This document shows positions 1-9,526 of a stretch of 64,000 nucleotides of DNA, piece by piece; position 1 is the first letter of the stretch; the number at the start of each line of letters is the position of its first letter. The notes under the pieces are model-generated. The model made no database searches. It saw only the letters and a program-made list of their open reading frames with translations, and had not been told where the DNA came from. Origin of the DNA: a virus (lineage: Duplodnaviria; Caudoviricetes); the IMG/VR virus record IMGVR_UViG_3300001199_000006, positions 1 to 64,000 of that record. One strand, given 5' to 3'. The position numbers and the translations under genes were made by a program.

Positions 1-759
1 GGACTCCTCTTCCTCTTCTTCCTCATCCTCGTCATCGGAGGCGCGTTCCGCCTTCTCGCCCAGACTGGCCAGCTCTTCCTTGACGTCCTCGGGCAGCTCC
101 TCGCCCGTGAGCCCTTGGTAGCACTCCTCGTACGCCTCCAGATCGAAGGCGAAGAAGTGGTCGGTCGGGTCGATGGTCTTGGCCATCGCGAGCAGCGCCT
201 TGCGCAGCTCCTTGTCCTTCACCAGCAAGCTCTTGTCGAGCTTGTCGCACACGTACTTGGTCTTCCGCCCCTCACCCTTCTTCTGGATGAAGATGTCGCG
301 ACCTTCACGAGGATCCGTGAGGTCTTCGCCGACGTCCTCGTTGAGCATCCAGTCCGTGATCTGGTCGTAGACGCTCTTCTTGGCGCGGAAGATCCGCACG
401 TTCGGAGCCTTCGCCGTGCCCTCGTCACCGCGCACGATGACAGGCATCCAGTATTCCTCGCTGCGGCTCACGTACGAGCCCGCGTGATCCTTCTGCTCCT
501 TGGTGCCACTGCGGTACGTGGCATCGAGGTAGTCGAGGAGCGGATCGGGCTTGCCCCAGGTGCGCGGGCACGTCACCGACTTGTTCATCTCCTCACAGAA
601 CACCGAGAAGTGCTCGACGCCCGTCTCCTTGCCGTGCCGAGGCAGGATGCGGATCGTGATCTTCTTCCAGTCGCGGTTGTCGAGGATGAGACCTCCGCGC
701 TTGTTGCGTTCCTTCTGCTTCTGGAGCTTCGCTCGAAGCTCCGGATCCACCTTGACCAT
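1..759 (-). CDS. T4 gp32-like single-stranded DNA-binding protein (runs off window end)
   Basis: Translated by hand (not in the ORF track): MVKVDPELRAKLQKQKERNK...TCPRTWGKPDPL...DLTDPREGRDIFIQKKGEGRKTKY... with an acidic tail (DDEDEEEEEEES). The D-x-TDP-x2-G-x-D-x2-I-x-K-x-G-x-G-x2-T-x-Y motif and acidic tail are typical of gp32-like SSBs. Confidence 0.75.
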   Translation of the reverse strand, partial: MVKVDPELRAKLQKQKERNKRGGLILDNRDWKKITIRILPRHGKETGVEHFSVFCEEMNKSVTCPRTWGKPDPLLDYLDATYRSGTKEQKDHAGSYVSRSEEYWMPVIVRGDEGTAKAPNVRIFRAKKSVYDQITDWMLNEDVGEDLTDPREGRDIFIQKKGEGRKTKYVCDKLDKSLLVKDKELRKALLAMAKTIDPTDHFFAFDLEAYEECYQGLTGEELPEDVKEELASLGEKAERASDDEDEEEEEEES

Positions 760-821
760 GTTGATGCTTCTCCGTCGGTTGTTGGTCCGCTGGGCCGATG
801 GCCAATCTGGGCGTTGGGCCT

Positions 822-1289
822 TTAGGACTCGGGATGTTGCAAGAGCGTCCGCAAGGTCCAGGTGCGATGCTCGACCGCATCCCGGACCGCGCGGAGCGCT
901 CCATACTCACGGCGACGGCCGTTCAGCGCAAGCCTTGCTGCACGAACTTTCGGACTCTGGTCCACCGACGCTTTCAGTAGTGGTTCCGTCACGAAGACCC
1001 CCTCCTCGTTGTAGTAGGCGCGGAACACCTGGTACTCCCGCCCCTCCACGCGGGCCAGCTCCAGCTCGGCCTTCCGAACTCGCGATAGGGCAAGCTCGGT
1101 CTGGTATGCCCAGAACGCGAGCTTGGCCGGGGCCTTGATCGCGGCCTCGCGCATCCGAATCGGGTCCGTCGGGATCCGCACCTCGCTCCGAACCTTGAGC
1201 GTGACCTTCTCACCGCTCTCCAGCCGGATCGTGATGGCCTCGATCTGGTCGAGGTAATCTTCCGCAACCTTCTTAGGAGACGTCTTCAC
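822..1289 (-). CDS. UvsY-like recombination mediator
   Basis: Helical ~155-aa protein (start GTG 1289) with A-F-W-A-Y and '...LRAVRDAVEHRTWTL', located next to the SSB as UvsY usually is. Confidence 0.5.
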   Translation of the reverse strand: MKTSPKKVAEDYLDQIEAITIRLESGEKVTLKVRSEVRIPTDPIRMREAAIKAPAKLAFWAYQTELALSRVRKAELELARVEGREYQVFRAYYNEEGVFVTEPLLKASVDQSPKVRAARLALNGRRREYGALRAVRDAVEHRTWTLRTLLQHPES

Positions 1290-1656
1290 GCGTGAGCAAG
1301 TCTGCCGTGTGCTGCGCGTAGCGCGCGACCCAGCCGTTCGAGAAGTTCGTGATGATGTCGTCGCGCAACGGGAGCGTGCCGTCGTACGCAGCCCACGTCG
1401 CGTCTGGCTGTTGTAGCAGGTGCAGGAACACGCGCAGTCGCCGACTCGGCTTGTCATGCAAGCGGTAGGCACGATCACGCGCGACCGGGGACGCTGGATC
1501 AGCGCCGACGGCCGAAAGGCGCGCCGCATCCTCCACAGCACCGAACGCGAACTCGTCACGCAGGATCAGGTACAGGTACGCGACCAGGCGACGCACATCC
1601 TTGACCTCACCACTAGCTTCGAACAAGGCTTGTGCTTCGGACGTGTACGGAGTCAC
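1273..1656 (-). CDS. Hypothetical protein
   Basis: ORF track; GTG start overlaps the polymerase stop (GTGA coupling). Confidence 0.6.
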   Translation of the reverse strand: MTPYTSEAQALFEASGEVKDVRRLVAYLYLILRDEFAFGAVEDAARLSAVGADPASPVARDRAYRLHDKPSRRLRVFLHLLQQPDATWAAYDGTLPLRDDIITNFSNGWVARYAQHTADLLTREDVS

Positions 1657-4544
1657 GCGCTCTTCTTGGCCATCTCTTCCCACAGCGTCTCCACGTCAGG
1701 GTTGCTCGGATCCTTCACCTCGACGGTCGTACCCCAAGTGGGTCCGAGATCGCAGTCCGCGACGAGCGGCAACGCGCCCTTTCCGTCCGGGTTGAGCCAG
1801 CTCCAATCGAGCCCAGGTAGCACGGCCTCGGACAGCTTCGGCAGGTTCTCCATCGTGTGCTTGGCCAAGGCCAGCACCTCGAAGGCTTCATCGACGTGCA
1901 GATCGAACCCGATCGAGTCGTGAACCGTCAGGATCATGCGCGAGCGGTACCCGCGTCGGCGCATCGCGCGCCAGATCAAGACCAGCGACATCAGCGTCAT
2001 CTCGCTCGCGCCGCACTGGATCGGGAAGTTCACCGACTGGCGGAGGGCGCGCGCGACGATTTCCTCGTTCTCGCTGAACACCTCGGGGACGTGGCGGCGG
2101 CGGCCTGTGAAGCTCTCCAGGTAGCCGCGCTCTCGCACCTCATGTTCCAGCTTCTCGATCCCGGACTTGAGCTTGGGACGTGCCGAGAAGTAGCGGCGGA
2201 TCAGGTCCGTGCATTCGTCCAGGGTCAAGAACACCCCGTCCTTCTTGAGCGCGGCCATCAACGCGGGCGGGCCGCCCCCGTACAACACGCCGAAGTTCAC
2301 ACGCTTGGCCTGCGTCCGGATCTCCTTCGCCTTGTGCGGGTCGAGCTTCTGGTACTGCTCCAAGGTCATCCGGGAGACGTCGAGCGCGGTCAGCAAGTGA
2401 AGGTCCGCACCCTCGCGGTACGCCTTGAGCATCGCGGGCTCGCTGAACCAGCACGCCGCGACACGCAGCTCGATCTGGCTGTAGTCCACCTGCCCGATCA
2501 ACCCCTCCTCACCGAAGCGCGACACGTACGCGCGCTTGATGAGGCCCCCGCCCTTGTTCGGGATGTTCTGTAGGTTCGGGTTCGAGCTGGACAACCGGCC
2601 CGTGCCCGTGCCCCCGATGTTGAACTTGCCGTGGACTCTGCCCTGGCGGTCCAGCATCTCGCTCAACGGGGCCACGAACGTCTTGTGCAACGTCTCGGCC
2701 CCGCGCCACGACAGGATCAACGGCGCGAGCTTGCTGCCTCGTCGCGCCAGCTCGTGCAGCACGTCGGCCTTGGTGCTGAACAGCTCCCACTCCCCGTTCT
2801 TGATGGCGGTGCGCACCAACCTTCGGAACTCGGGCTTGAGCCCCTTCCGCTTCTTGCGCCACTTCGCCACGCTGCGCGTGTACCGGATCTGGAGCGTCTC
2901 CAAGCCCTTGTCGGTCAACTCCACCGGGGTCTCACCGCTCAGCCCGAACAGCACGACGCGTAGCTGATCCGTGCTGCCGGGGTTGAAGACGTGTGGCTTC
3001 CCGTCTTCGATCGACCGCTGTCGCTCGTACTGACGCACGGCCTTCGACTGCGCGATCGCCGTCTCCTGCTCGCGCATCTCGGCCCGGTACTTCTTGTCCA
3101 GGCGCTTGACCTGTTCGAGGTCCACCTGAACCCCCTCGAACTCCATGTCGGTCAGGGCCTCGGACAGCCCGATCAGGAACTCGCGTGACAGCCGCTTGCG
3201 CTTGGTGTCGTCCTTGAACACGGGCTCGGCGTCGAGAGCTTGAGCCACGCGGAACGTCACGTCCGCGTCCATGCTCGCGTACTCGAACAGCACGGACCCC
3301 GGGATATTGGCGTAGGACCCGCCCTTGTCCGGATCAGCCTCGCGGTGCTTCTCCTTGTACGTGTCGAGCGGCTTGTCGTACCCGCCCATGCCCGTGTAGG
3401 TCCACGCGAGCTGATCCAAGCCGTGCGTGCCGCGCGTCTCGTCCAGAACGACGTGGTCGATGAACGTGTCGCGGTAGTTGCGCAGCTCCACACCGAGGGA
3501 AGCGCGCAGGTGCAAGGCGTCGAACTTCCCGTTCTGCAAGACCTTCGGGACGTCGGACCGGATGAAGCGCCGCAGCAGTTTGAGCACGCGCTCGCGCTGA
3601 TCCTCGCGCTTGCCGCCGACCCGCCACGGACTCTCGGCATGGTCAACTGGCACCGTCCAGCCCTTCCCGAACTCGTCGCTGAGCGAGACGCACAGCAAGC
3701 GCGGGAACGTCGTCTGCCACGGATCCAGCGATCCGGTCTCGGTATCGACCGCGACCAGCTTGGCCGTCATCAGCCGCGCCATCAACGTCTCAAGCTCCGG
3801 GAGCTTGCGCACCGTGACGTAGGTGCCGGGCCCGCCCTTGTCCTCGACTTCATCGTGGAGCGCAGCCTGTACGGTCTCGAAGGCGCGGATGAACTTCTCC
3901 ATCTCGAAGTCCGCGCGCAGCACGTACGCAGGGTGAAAGCACCCCACGACCTTGATGTGTTCCAAGCCTGGAATCGAGCACGGCATCACGCGGGCGTTGT
4001 AGCGCGTGATCCCCGTGTTGCCGGTCAAGAACTCCAGCGGCGTGTTGCCCAGCGCCACGATAATCTTAGGGCGACGCTGCGCGATCTCGGCGATGAGACG
4101 CGGCGAGCAGCTCTGCACCTCGGTCTTGTTGGGCGTCCGGTTGCGAGGTGGCCGACACCGCACCACGTTAGCGATCCCGCATTGTTCCGGCTTCACCCGC
4201 GACAACGCCTCGATCGCAGTGCGTAGCAACTTGCCCGCCGCGCCGACGAACGGCACGCCTTCCTTGTCCTCGGTCGCGCCTGGAGCCTCGCCGACGAACA
4301 ACACGTCCACCCGTGACCACTCCTGCTCAACACAGCGAGTACGTACGACGTGCCGCTCCGACTCCTTGGCCAGGATCTTCGCGTGATCGCGGTTGTACCC
4401 GACCTTGAACTTGGCGAAGTCGTGGCTCCACGGGAGCAGCGGACACCAACGGCAGCCCGACTTCGGCTCCTTGCCCGGCATGACCAGGGGACGGCCTGCG
4501 GGTGGCTCGAACCGGGCCCGCACTTGGGTACCGAGCTTGGTCAT
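1653..4544 (-). CDS. polA: Family A DNA polymerase with N-terminal family-4 uracil-DNA glycosylase domain and 3'-5' exonuclease
   Basis: UDG motifs CRWC, VLFVGEAPG..ED..G.PFVG.AG, NVVRCRPP.NRTP, HPAYVLR. Exonuclease motifs VAVDTET, NGKFD, YASMDAD. Polymerase motifs TGRLSSSNPNLQNIP, DYSQIELR, RTQAKRVNFGVLYG, TVHDSI. Start at ATG 4544 by ATGA overlap. Confidence 0.95.
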   Translation of the reverse strand: MTKLGTQVRARFEPPAGRPLVMPGKEPKSGCRWCPLLPWSHDFAKFKVGYNRDHAKILAKESERHVVRTRCVEQEWSRVDVLFVGEAPGATEDKEGVPFVGAAGKLLRTAIEALSRVKPEQCGIANVVRCRPPRNRTPNKTEVQSCSPRLIAEIAQRRPKIIVALGNTPLEFLTGNTGITRYNARVMPCSIPGLEHIKVVGCFHPAYVLRADFEMEKFIRAFETVQAALHDEVEDKGGPGTYVTVRKLPELETLMARLMTAKLVAVDTETGSLDPWQTTFPRLLCVSLSDEFGKGWTVPVDHAESPWRVGGKREDQRERVLKLLRRFIRSDVPKVLQNGKFDALHLRASLGVELRNYRDTFIDHVVLDETRGTHGLDQLAWTYTGMGGYDKPLDTYKEKHREADPDKGGSYANIPGSVLFEYASMDADVTFRVAQALDAEPVFKDDTKRKRLSREFLIGLSEALTDMEFEGVQVDLEQVKRLDKKYRAEMREQETAIAQSKAVRQYERQRSIEDGKPHVFNPGSTDQLRVVLFGLSGETPVELTDKGLETLQIRYTRSVAKWRKKRKGLKPEFRRLVRTAIKNGEWELFSTKADVLHELARRGSKLAPLILSWRGAETLHKTFVAPLSEMLDRQGRVHGKFNIGGTGTGRLSSSNPNLQNIPNKGGGLIKRAYVSRFGEEGLIGQVDYSQIELRVAACWFSEPAMLKAYREGADLHLLTALDVSRMTLEQYQKLDPHKAKEIRTQAKRVNFGVLYGGGPPALMAALKKDGVFLTLDECTDLIRRYFSARPKLKSGIEKLEHEVRERGYLESFTGRRRHVPEVFSENEEIVARALRQSVNFPIQCGASEMTLMSLVLIWRAMRRRGYRSRMILTVHDSIGFDLHVDEAFEVLALAKHTMENLPKLSEAVLPGLDWSWLNPDGKGALPLVADCDLGPTWGTTVEVKDPSNPDVETLWEEMAKKSA

Positions 4545-4765
4545 TGCTCCGGCACCACGACCGAGCCCCAGCTCTTCGCATGCGCTACGCCACGATCCAC
4601 CGGCAGCAAAAACACGAACTCCTCCTCGGCATGACGCTCGTAGCAGTGGTGCCGCAAGCCGCACTGCGAGCACTCCGCGCAGCGCTCCGGCTTCCCGAAG
4701 CAGCTCGGGGCCACGGCCGGTGTCTTGAGCAAGGTCTTCATCGACGGGTGGTCGCGGTGGGGCAT
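4541..4765 (-). CDS. Small Cys-rich protein (CFG-x-C-x2-C-x5-C)
   Basis: SCFGKPERCAECSQCGLRHHC; translationally coupled to the polymerase. Confidence 0.65.
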   Translation of the reverse strand: MPHRDHPSMKTLLKTPAVAPSCFGKPERCAECSQCGLRHHCYERHAEEEFVFLLPVDRGVAHAKSWGSVVVPEQ

Positions 4766-5145
4766 CGTTCACGCTCCTCGGAGCCATCGGCACGGTTCAC
4801 GATCCATCCGCCCGTCAACCGCGCCTCGCCGCGTGCGGGCGGTTCCCACGTCCACAGCGCCGTGACGCCCTGCCCGGGATGAAGCTGGCTGCCATCGAAC
4901 AACGCGCCCTCTCGCTGTAGCTCCACGACCTCGGTGATCGTGCGCAGCGCACCGATGAATCTCTTCTGCTCACACAACCGGGCCAGCGTGACGGTGCCGT
5001 TCCGGATCTCGACGATCTGGAACAAGTCCTTCGCCGTGTGTCTGGGCTGCAACGGCTCGGCATCGGGATCGCCGTTCGGCTGCTCGTACAGGTCGCGGAT
5101 CACGCGATCTCCGATAGCCAGAATCTCCCAATCCTTCTCACGCAT
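4738..5145 (-). CDS. Hypothetical protein
   Basis: ORF with natural composition filling the gap between primase and the Cys-rich gene. Confidence 0.6.
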   Translation of the reverse strand: MREKDWEILAIGDRVIRDLYEQPNGDPDAEPLQPRHTAKDLFQIVEIRNGTVTLARLCEQKRFIGALRTITEVVELQREGALFDGSQLHPGQGVTALWTWEPPARGEARLTGGWIVNRADGSEERERCPTATTRR

Positions 5146-5155
5146 GTTGGGCTCC

Positions 5156-6178
5156 TCACTTCGACACCACGCGAAGTCTGGTACGGTCCACGAGGGTCGG
5201 CACGCGTCGCTTGCGGAGCAAGGCGGGCAGCCTGTCCCGCAAGTCGGCCGGGTCCCCGATCTTGCCGTCGGGACGCCGGAACCTAGACAGGTCCAGCGCC
5301 GTCACGAGCGGCACGGCGTCCTGTAGTTGCGACCGCACGCTGTCAATGTCGCGCCCGGTGCCGGGGTCGAGCAGCAGCACCAGCTCGTGCAGACCGTGCT
5401 CGGTTAGGGCCGCGATCAGCCGGGCTTGCTCCGGGCTCATCACGCGCCCCATCAGAGCGATGGCGTTGGGCGGAGCCATGCAGTCGAACGGCCCTTCGAC
5501 GAGCTGCACGACACGCTTGCCGACGACGCGGTCGTAGTTGAGCAGGCAGTGCTCGCGCGAGAAGTACCCCGGGCGTTTGGGCGGGTTCTTCGTCTTGATG
5601 CGCGCCTGCTTCCCTGCGAACCGGTTCGTCCAGTAGACGACGCGTCCACCCTGCACGACCGGGAAGATCAGGTACCCCGCGTACTCACCGCTCGGACAGA
5701 ACCCGACGCGGAACGCCTTGGCCGTTTCCAGAGGCACGCGCCGTTCCAGGTACAGGTGCGCACGGCGCAGCGCCGGACGCTTGCGCGTCGTCTCGTCCAA
5801 CGCGACGTACTCGCGCGGGAGCGGCTCGGGCTTGAGCTTCCCCGTGCCACCCTCCGCACGGTTCAGGATCGACCGCACCGTGTCCTCGACCGAGCCCACG
5901 AGAATCGGCGGATCCTCCCGCAGCAGGATGCGCTCCTCGACGGTCAAGCGCCCGTTGTTTAGGTAGCGGAAGAGATAGGCGATGTCGCCGAAGCGGAACT
6001 CGCAACGGAAGCACTGCCCCTTGCGCCGGTCCAGGTTGATCGAGAACTTCCGCTTGTTCGACTCCGAACCCGTGCGGTCGATGCAGGCCGGACACGGGAA
6101 CTGGTACTCGGGACCTCGGCCGCTGTGACGACCGAGGCGACGGTCCAAGTAGTCGAGAAGGGAGGCCGCGAGCTTCAC
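5156..6178 (-). CDS. DNA primase (Zn finger + TOPRIM)
   Basis: N-terminal CPAC...CFRC Zn finger; GYLIFPV; TOPRIM VEGPFD and LLLDPG; GTG start overlaps the upstream stop. Confidence 0.9.
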   Translation of the reverse strand: MKLAASLLDYLDRRLGRHSGRGPEYQFPCPACIDRTGSESNKRKFSINLDRRKGQCFRCEFRFGDIAYLFRYLNNGRLTVEERILLREDPPILVGSVEDTVRSILNRAEGGTGKLKPEPLPREYVALDETTRKRPALRRAHLYLERRVPLETAKAFRVGFCPSGEYAGYLIFPVVQGGRVVYWTNRFAGKQARIKTKNPPKRPGYFSREHCLLNYDRVVGKRVVQLVEGPFDCMAPPNAIALMGRVMSPEQARLIAALTEHGLHELVLLLDPGTGRDIDSVRSQLQDAVPLVTALDLSRFRRPDGKIGDPADLRDRLPALLRKRRVPTLVDRTRLRVVSK

Positions 6179-6381
6179 GCAGACACCCACTCGCAGCGTT
6201 CTTGCGCCAAGTCGATCCACATGCGCGCGTCCATCAGCCCGTCACTCGTCCGGACCAGGAAGTGCAGGTTACCGACCCGGTTCACGCACACCAGATCGTC
6301 GTCCCGGATCTTGTTCTTCGGATCGTTCAGGATCTCGCGGAGCTTGGCCACCGAGATGCAACGAGTGTCTCCGTGAATCAC
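6175..6381 (-). CDS. Small hypothetical protein
   Basis: GTGA coupling at both ends (VIHGDTRCISVAKLREIL...). Confidence 0.55.
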   Translation of the reverse strand: MIHGDTRCISVAKLREILNDPKNKIRDDDLVCVNRVGNLHFLVRTSDGLMDARMWIDLAQERCEWVSA

Positions 6382-6896
6382 GATTCCCTCGGGGTTCCGG
6401 CCGTGTAGTCGCGCCAATAGACCGGCCGCCTGGAGAGGCCGTCGGTGTCCAACACCCAGAAGTTCCACTCGCGCCGACGAGGGCCGTGGAAGACCAGCGT
6501 CAACACCTTCCCGGAGGTCGAGACGATGCGATGCGCGTCGCCCTGCTTCTTCACGTTGAACCAGCGCACTCGACGCACCGTCGGCAGCGCGGCAACCGCC
6601 GCACGGTCACCGAGACGCGGGTACACCTCCTCGACGTACGAGCCGCGCAGCACGATCGACACGAATCCGCGCTGATGATCGTGCGGGTCCAGGTCCGGAT
6701 CCGGGAAGTTGATCCAGTGCAAGCAGACCGAGAAGAGCTGGCACATGAACACGTACAGCCGGAGCAGGTAAGGCTCCGGCACGTCGCGGAACGAGTTCCT
6801 GTAGTCGCCCCTGTAGTCGCCGTTGATCGGCCGCCAGCGCCAGAAGCACCAGCTCGCCGGGGCGAAGGGGTCGTACCTGCGCGCTCCCGGATTCAC
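6378..6896 (-). CDS. Cupin-fold phage protein
   Basis: PHDHQRGFVSIVLRGSYVEE and a downstream GDAHRI match the two cupin metal-binding motifs. Confidence 0.7.
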   Translation of the reverse strand: MNPGARRYDPFAPASWCFWRWRPINGDYRGDYRNSFRDVPEPYLLRLYVFMCQLFSVCLHWINFPDPDLDPHDHQRGFVSIVLRGSYVEEVYPRLGDRAAVAALPTVRRVRWFNVKKQGDAHRIVSTSGKVLTLVFHGPRRREWNFWVLDTDGLSRRPVYWRDYTAGTPRES

Positions 6897-7075
6897 TTGA
6901 CGCTCTCCTCGATCTCGACGTCGATGTCCGCGAGCAGCGGATAGTCCGGCTCTCGTTTCAGCTCGCCACCATCCTCCATCGCACGCCGGAGCACGGCCGC
7001 GACGCGATCGCGCACTTGCTCCGCCGTACCGTCAACGTGGAACACCTGTACGAACAGGCCGACGTAGGTGGGCAT
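6893..7075 (-). CDS. Small hypothetical protein
   Basis: MPTYVGLFVQVF... starts at a TGATG overlap with the helicase stop. Confidence 0.55.
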   Translation of the reverse strand: MPTYVGLFVQVFHVDGTAEQVRDRVAAVLRRAMEDGGELKREPDYPLLADIDVEIEESVK

Positions 7076-8538
7076 CAGGACACCGCCTTCGAGAACCGTT
7101 CCTTGCGCGTCTTCTTCTTGGGACGGACCGCGTCCTTCATCCCCTGCGCCTCTTGTCGCTTCTTCGCGCGCACGACGAAGCTCGTGGACTCCAGGTTCGG
7201 ATCCGGGCGCTCGCCCTGCATCAGGACGCGTGAGCCCGCCACGTCGAACAGCGCGGTCGAACGTATACGCGCCTGCGATCGGTTGATGTCGCACTCGATC
7301 GTGCGGCCGTCCTCGGAGTTCCGTAGCGCCGCCGCGAACAGACGGCACTTGTTCTCGATCCGCTCGTCCTTGGTCTCGCAGAACGCGATCGCGGCATCGA
7401 CGACGGCCGCCTTCTCGAAGGATTCGGCGAAGTCCTCGATCGTCACGGTCTCTTTCTCCAACGCGCTCTTGCTCGTCTGCGACCCCGTCCACACCGCGCA
7501 GTTGAACTCACCGGCGAGCTGTCGCAGGTCTTCGTAGATCCCGGCCTGTTCGTGCCGCATCTCACCGAGACGCCGCGCCGGTTTCATAATGTCAGCGTAG
7601 TCCACGAGCAGCAAGTCGGGGTGGAAGCCGCGCGCCGCGAGCAAGGACAAGTGCGATCGGATCTTCCCGACCGTCGCGGTCCGCGTCGGGTACCACTTCA
7701 CGAACAACCGGCCCTTGATGAAGCGCTTCACACGCTCTTCCAGCATCTCGCCGTAGCGATCGGGGTGCGAGGTCCGGTACTCGATACGCTGCCCCATGAG
7801 CCGGTCATCGTAGCGGCGCGTGACCTTGTGCTGCTGGATCTCCAGCGAATAGTGCGCGACGTTGTACCGGTTGACCGACGTCAACGCGCCGAACCCGAAG
7901 TTGATGAGCGTCGTGGTCTTGCCGCGCTTCGGAGGCGCCAGCACGACGCCCAGCTCGCCTCGCCCGAGCCCGCCACCGAGCAGCATGTCGAGGTGCGGGA
8001 TCCCGGTGCGGATCGTGTTCTGCTCCTCGTCCGGGTTCAGGTAGTAGGCGCGACGCGCCGCCACGTCTTCGGCGTAGTCCAGGCCGAGGTCGAGCAGATC
8101 CTCGCCGATGAGCGCGGCTTCGTCGAAGAGCTTGCGCACGTCGCGCTTGCCGCGCTGGATGTCTTCGGCGGCTTTCAGCGTCGCGTTCACGTACGCCTGC
8201 TGCTGGCCGAAGTCGATCAGCTTCTCCAGCACGGCCGCGCTGTCCGAGATGTCCTCGCGGTACGCCTGCTGGATCGACTTCTCTGCGCGCTTGAAATCGT
8301 CGTCGTCTAGGCGCTCGCGCAGCTCCTCGATCAGCGTCGGACGCTGCGGCAGAGCTTTGTGCTCATCGACGTGCTCGAACAGCGTCTCGGCGAGCTGTCG
8401 CAGGGTCTTGGAGCCGAAGTACGCGGGATCGAGCGCGCTACGGTAGCGGATGACTCCGCCCGGGATACGCGCCAGCACCGCGATCGCGTGCCGCTGGAAC
8501 TGGTCGCCGTACTGGTACGTGCCTTCGCTCACGGCCAC
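7075..8538 (-). CDS. Replicative SF4 helicase (DnaB/T4 gp41-like)
   Basis: Walker A APPKRGKTT, YSLE, Walker B LLLVDYAD, WTGSQT, and the DFAESFEKAAVVD motif. Confidence 0.9.
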   Translation of the reverse strand: MAVSEGTYQYGDQFQRHAIAVLARIPGGVIRYRSALDPAYFGSKTLRQLAETLFEHVDEHKALPQRPTLIEELRERLDDDDFKRAEKSIQQAYREDISDSAAVLEKLIDFGQQQAYVNATLKAAEDIQRGKRDVRKLFDEAALIGEDLLDLGLDYAEDVAARRAYYLNPDEEQNTIRTGIPHLDMLLGGGLGRGELGVVLAPPKRGKTTTLINFGFGALTSVNRYNVAHYSLEIQQHKVTRRYDDRLMGQRIEYRTSHPDRYGEMLEERVKRFIKGRLFVKWYPTRTATVGKIRSHLSLLAARGFHPDLLLVDYADIMKPARRLGEMRHEQAGIYEDLRQLAGEFNCAVWTGSQTSKSALEKETVTIEDFAESFEKAAVVDAAIAFCETKDERIENKCRLFAAALRNSEDGRTIECDINRSQARIRSTALFDVAGSRVLMQGERPDPNLESTSFVVRAKKRQEAQGMKDAVRPKKKTRKERFSKAVS

Positions 8539-9443
8539 GTCACCCCTTTCACACTAGCAAGGTCGAGCGCCTCGGACTCAGGCTTCACTCGCGTGATCCG
8601 ACGCACCAGACGCGCGAACGACGTCCAGTCGAACCGCATGAACCCGACGCGCGTCGAGAGCCCGGTCTGGTAGGTCTCGGCCAGGTACACGGCCGCGCGC
8701 AACGTCGCGTACTCCAGCTCGTGTACCAGCTCGTTGCGCCCGAACAGCGCGCTGATGCGATGGAACTCGTCGGTGCGCCCGCCCCCGGTCAAGTACGGCT
8801 GTGCGCTACGCCACGTCACGTTCGGATCCGCACTCTCGATCGCCTCACTCCACGGGCACTTCGATCCACTCACGAAGCGCGACACGTACTCCTCGGCCAC
8901 GCTCAACTCGCCCACGTAGAGCGCGTCCCGCACGCGCGCTGCGTCGGTGCGACCGGTCAGGACGCCGTGCTTGGCATGGCGCAGGCGACGCTCCAAGTGC
9001 CGCACGTAAGCGTGGTACCTGCGCCACGCTTTCTCGCCGGACAGGTGCGTGGGTTGGAATCCGATGCGGGGGTTGTTCTTGACCCACGGCTGGAGCGCCC
9101 ACATGTTCCCCGCGATGTACGTCTCGTGGTCGATGCCGTGCGCTCGGCAAACCTCGACGCAGCGATCAAACACGCGCTCCGCGCCCCTCGACTCTCGCCA
9201 CGGCCGCCCAAACGTCTCGCGGTAGACCCTGGCGTAGGTGAGGGCGAAGGACTCGGGTCGATCAGGCTTCGGCGCGGCCTCGGCTAGACGCTCGGCCAGC
9301 GACCGATGCCGGTTGAGCGCGGCGGTCCGCTTCGCGCACACGGCGCGGACGCCGCAGGCGCGGCAGCGGGGGTCGGGTTCGAGGAATCGGTCCCCGAAAC
9401 ACACGGGGACGGAATCGGGCGCGGGAGCGGGGGTCTTGAGCAT
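8529..9443 (-). CDS. Hypothetical replication-module protein with N-terminal Cys4 motif
   Basis: CFGDRFLEPDPRCRACGVRAVC; directly upstream of the helicase and behind its own sigma70-like promoter. Confidence 0.65.
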   Translation of the reverse strand: MLKTPAPAPDSVPVCFGDRFLEPDPRCRACGVRAVCAKRTAALNRHRSLAERLAEAAPKPDRPESFALTYARVYRETFGRPWRESRGAERVFDRCVEVCRAHGIDHETYIAGNMWALQPWVKNNPRIGFQPTHLSGEKAWRRYHAYVRHLERRLRHAKHGVLTGRTDAARVRDALYVGELSVAEEYVSRFVSGSKCPWSEAIESADPNVTWRSAQPYLTGGGRTDEFHRISALFGRNELVHELEYATLRAAVYLAETYQTGLSTRVGFMRFDWTSFARLVRRITRVKPESEALDLASVKGVTWP

Positions 9444-9473
9444 CGGTGGACCTGGATCGACAACACGGGCGGG

Positions 9474-9501
9474 AGGATACCCGAAGTCCCGGGGCTGTCA
9501 A
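9474..9501 (-). promoter_or_regulatory. Sigma70-type promoter TTGACA-N16-TATCCT
   Basis: Read on the minus strand, 30 nt upstream of ATG 9443. Confidence 0.65.
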
Positions 9502-9511
9502 CCCCCCGGAT

Positions 9512-9526
9512 TTGACACCGTGTCAA
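9512..9526. repeat. Palindrome TTGACAC-C-GTGTCAA, copy 1
   Basis: Contains the TGA stop of the UvsW-like gene; 10 bp upstream of the -35 at 9496-9501. Confidence 0.9.
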
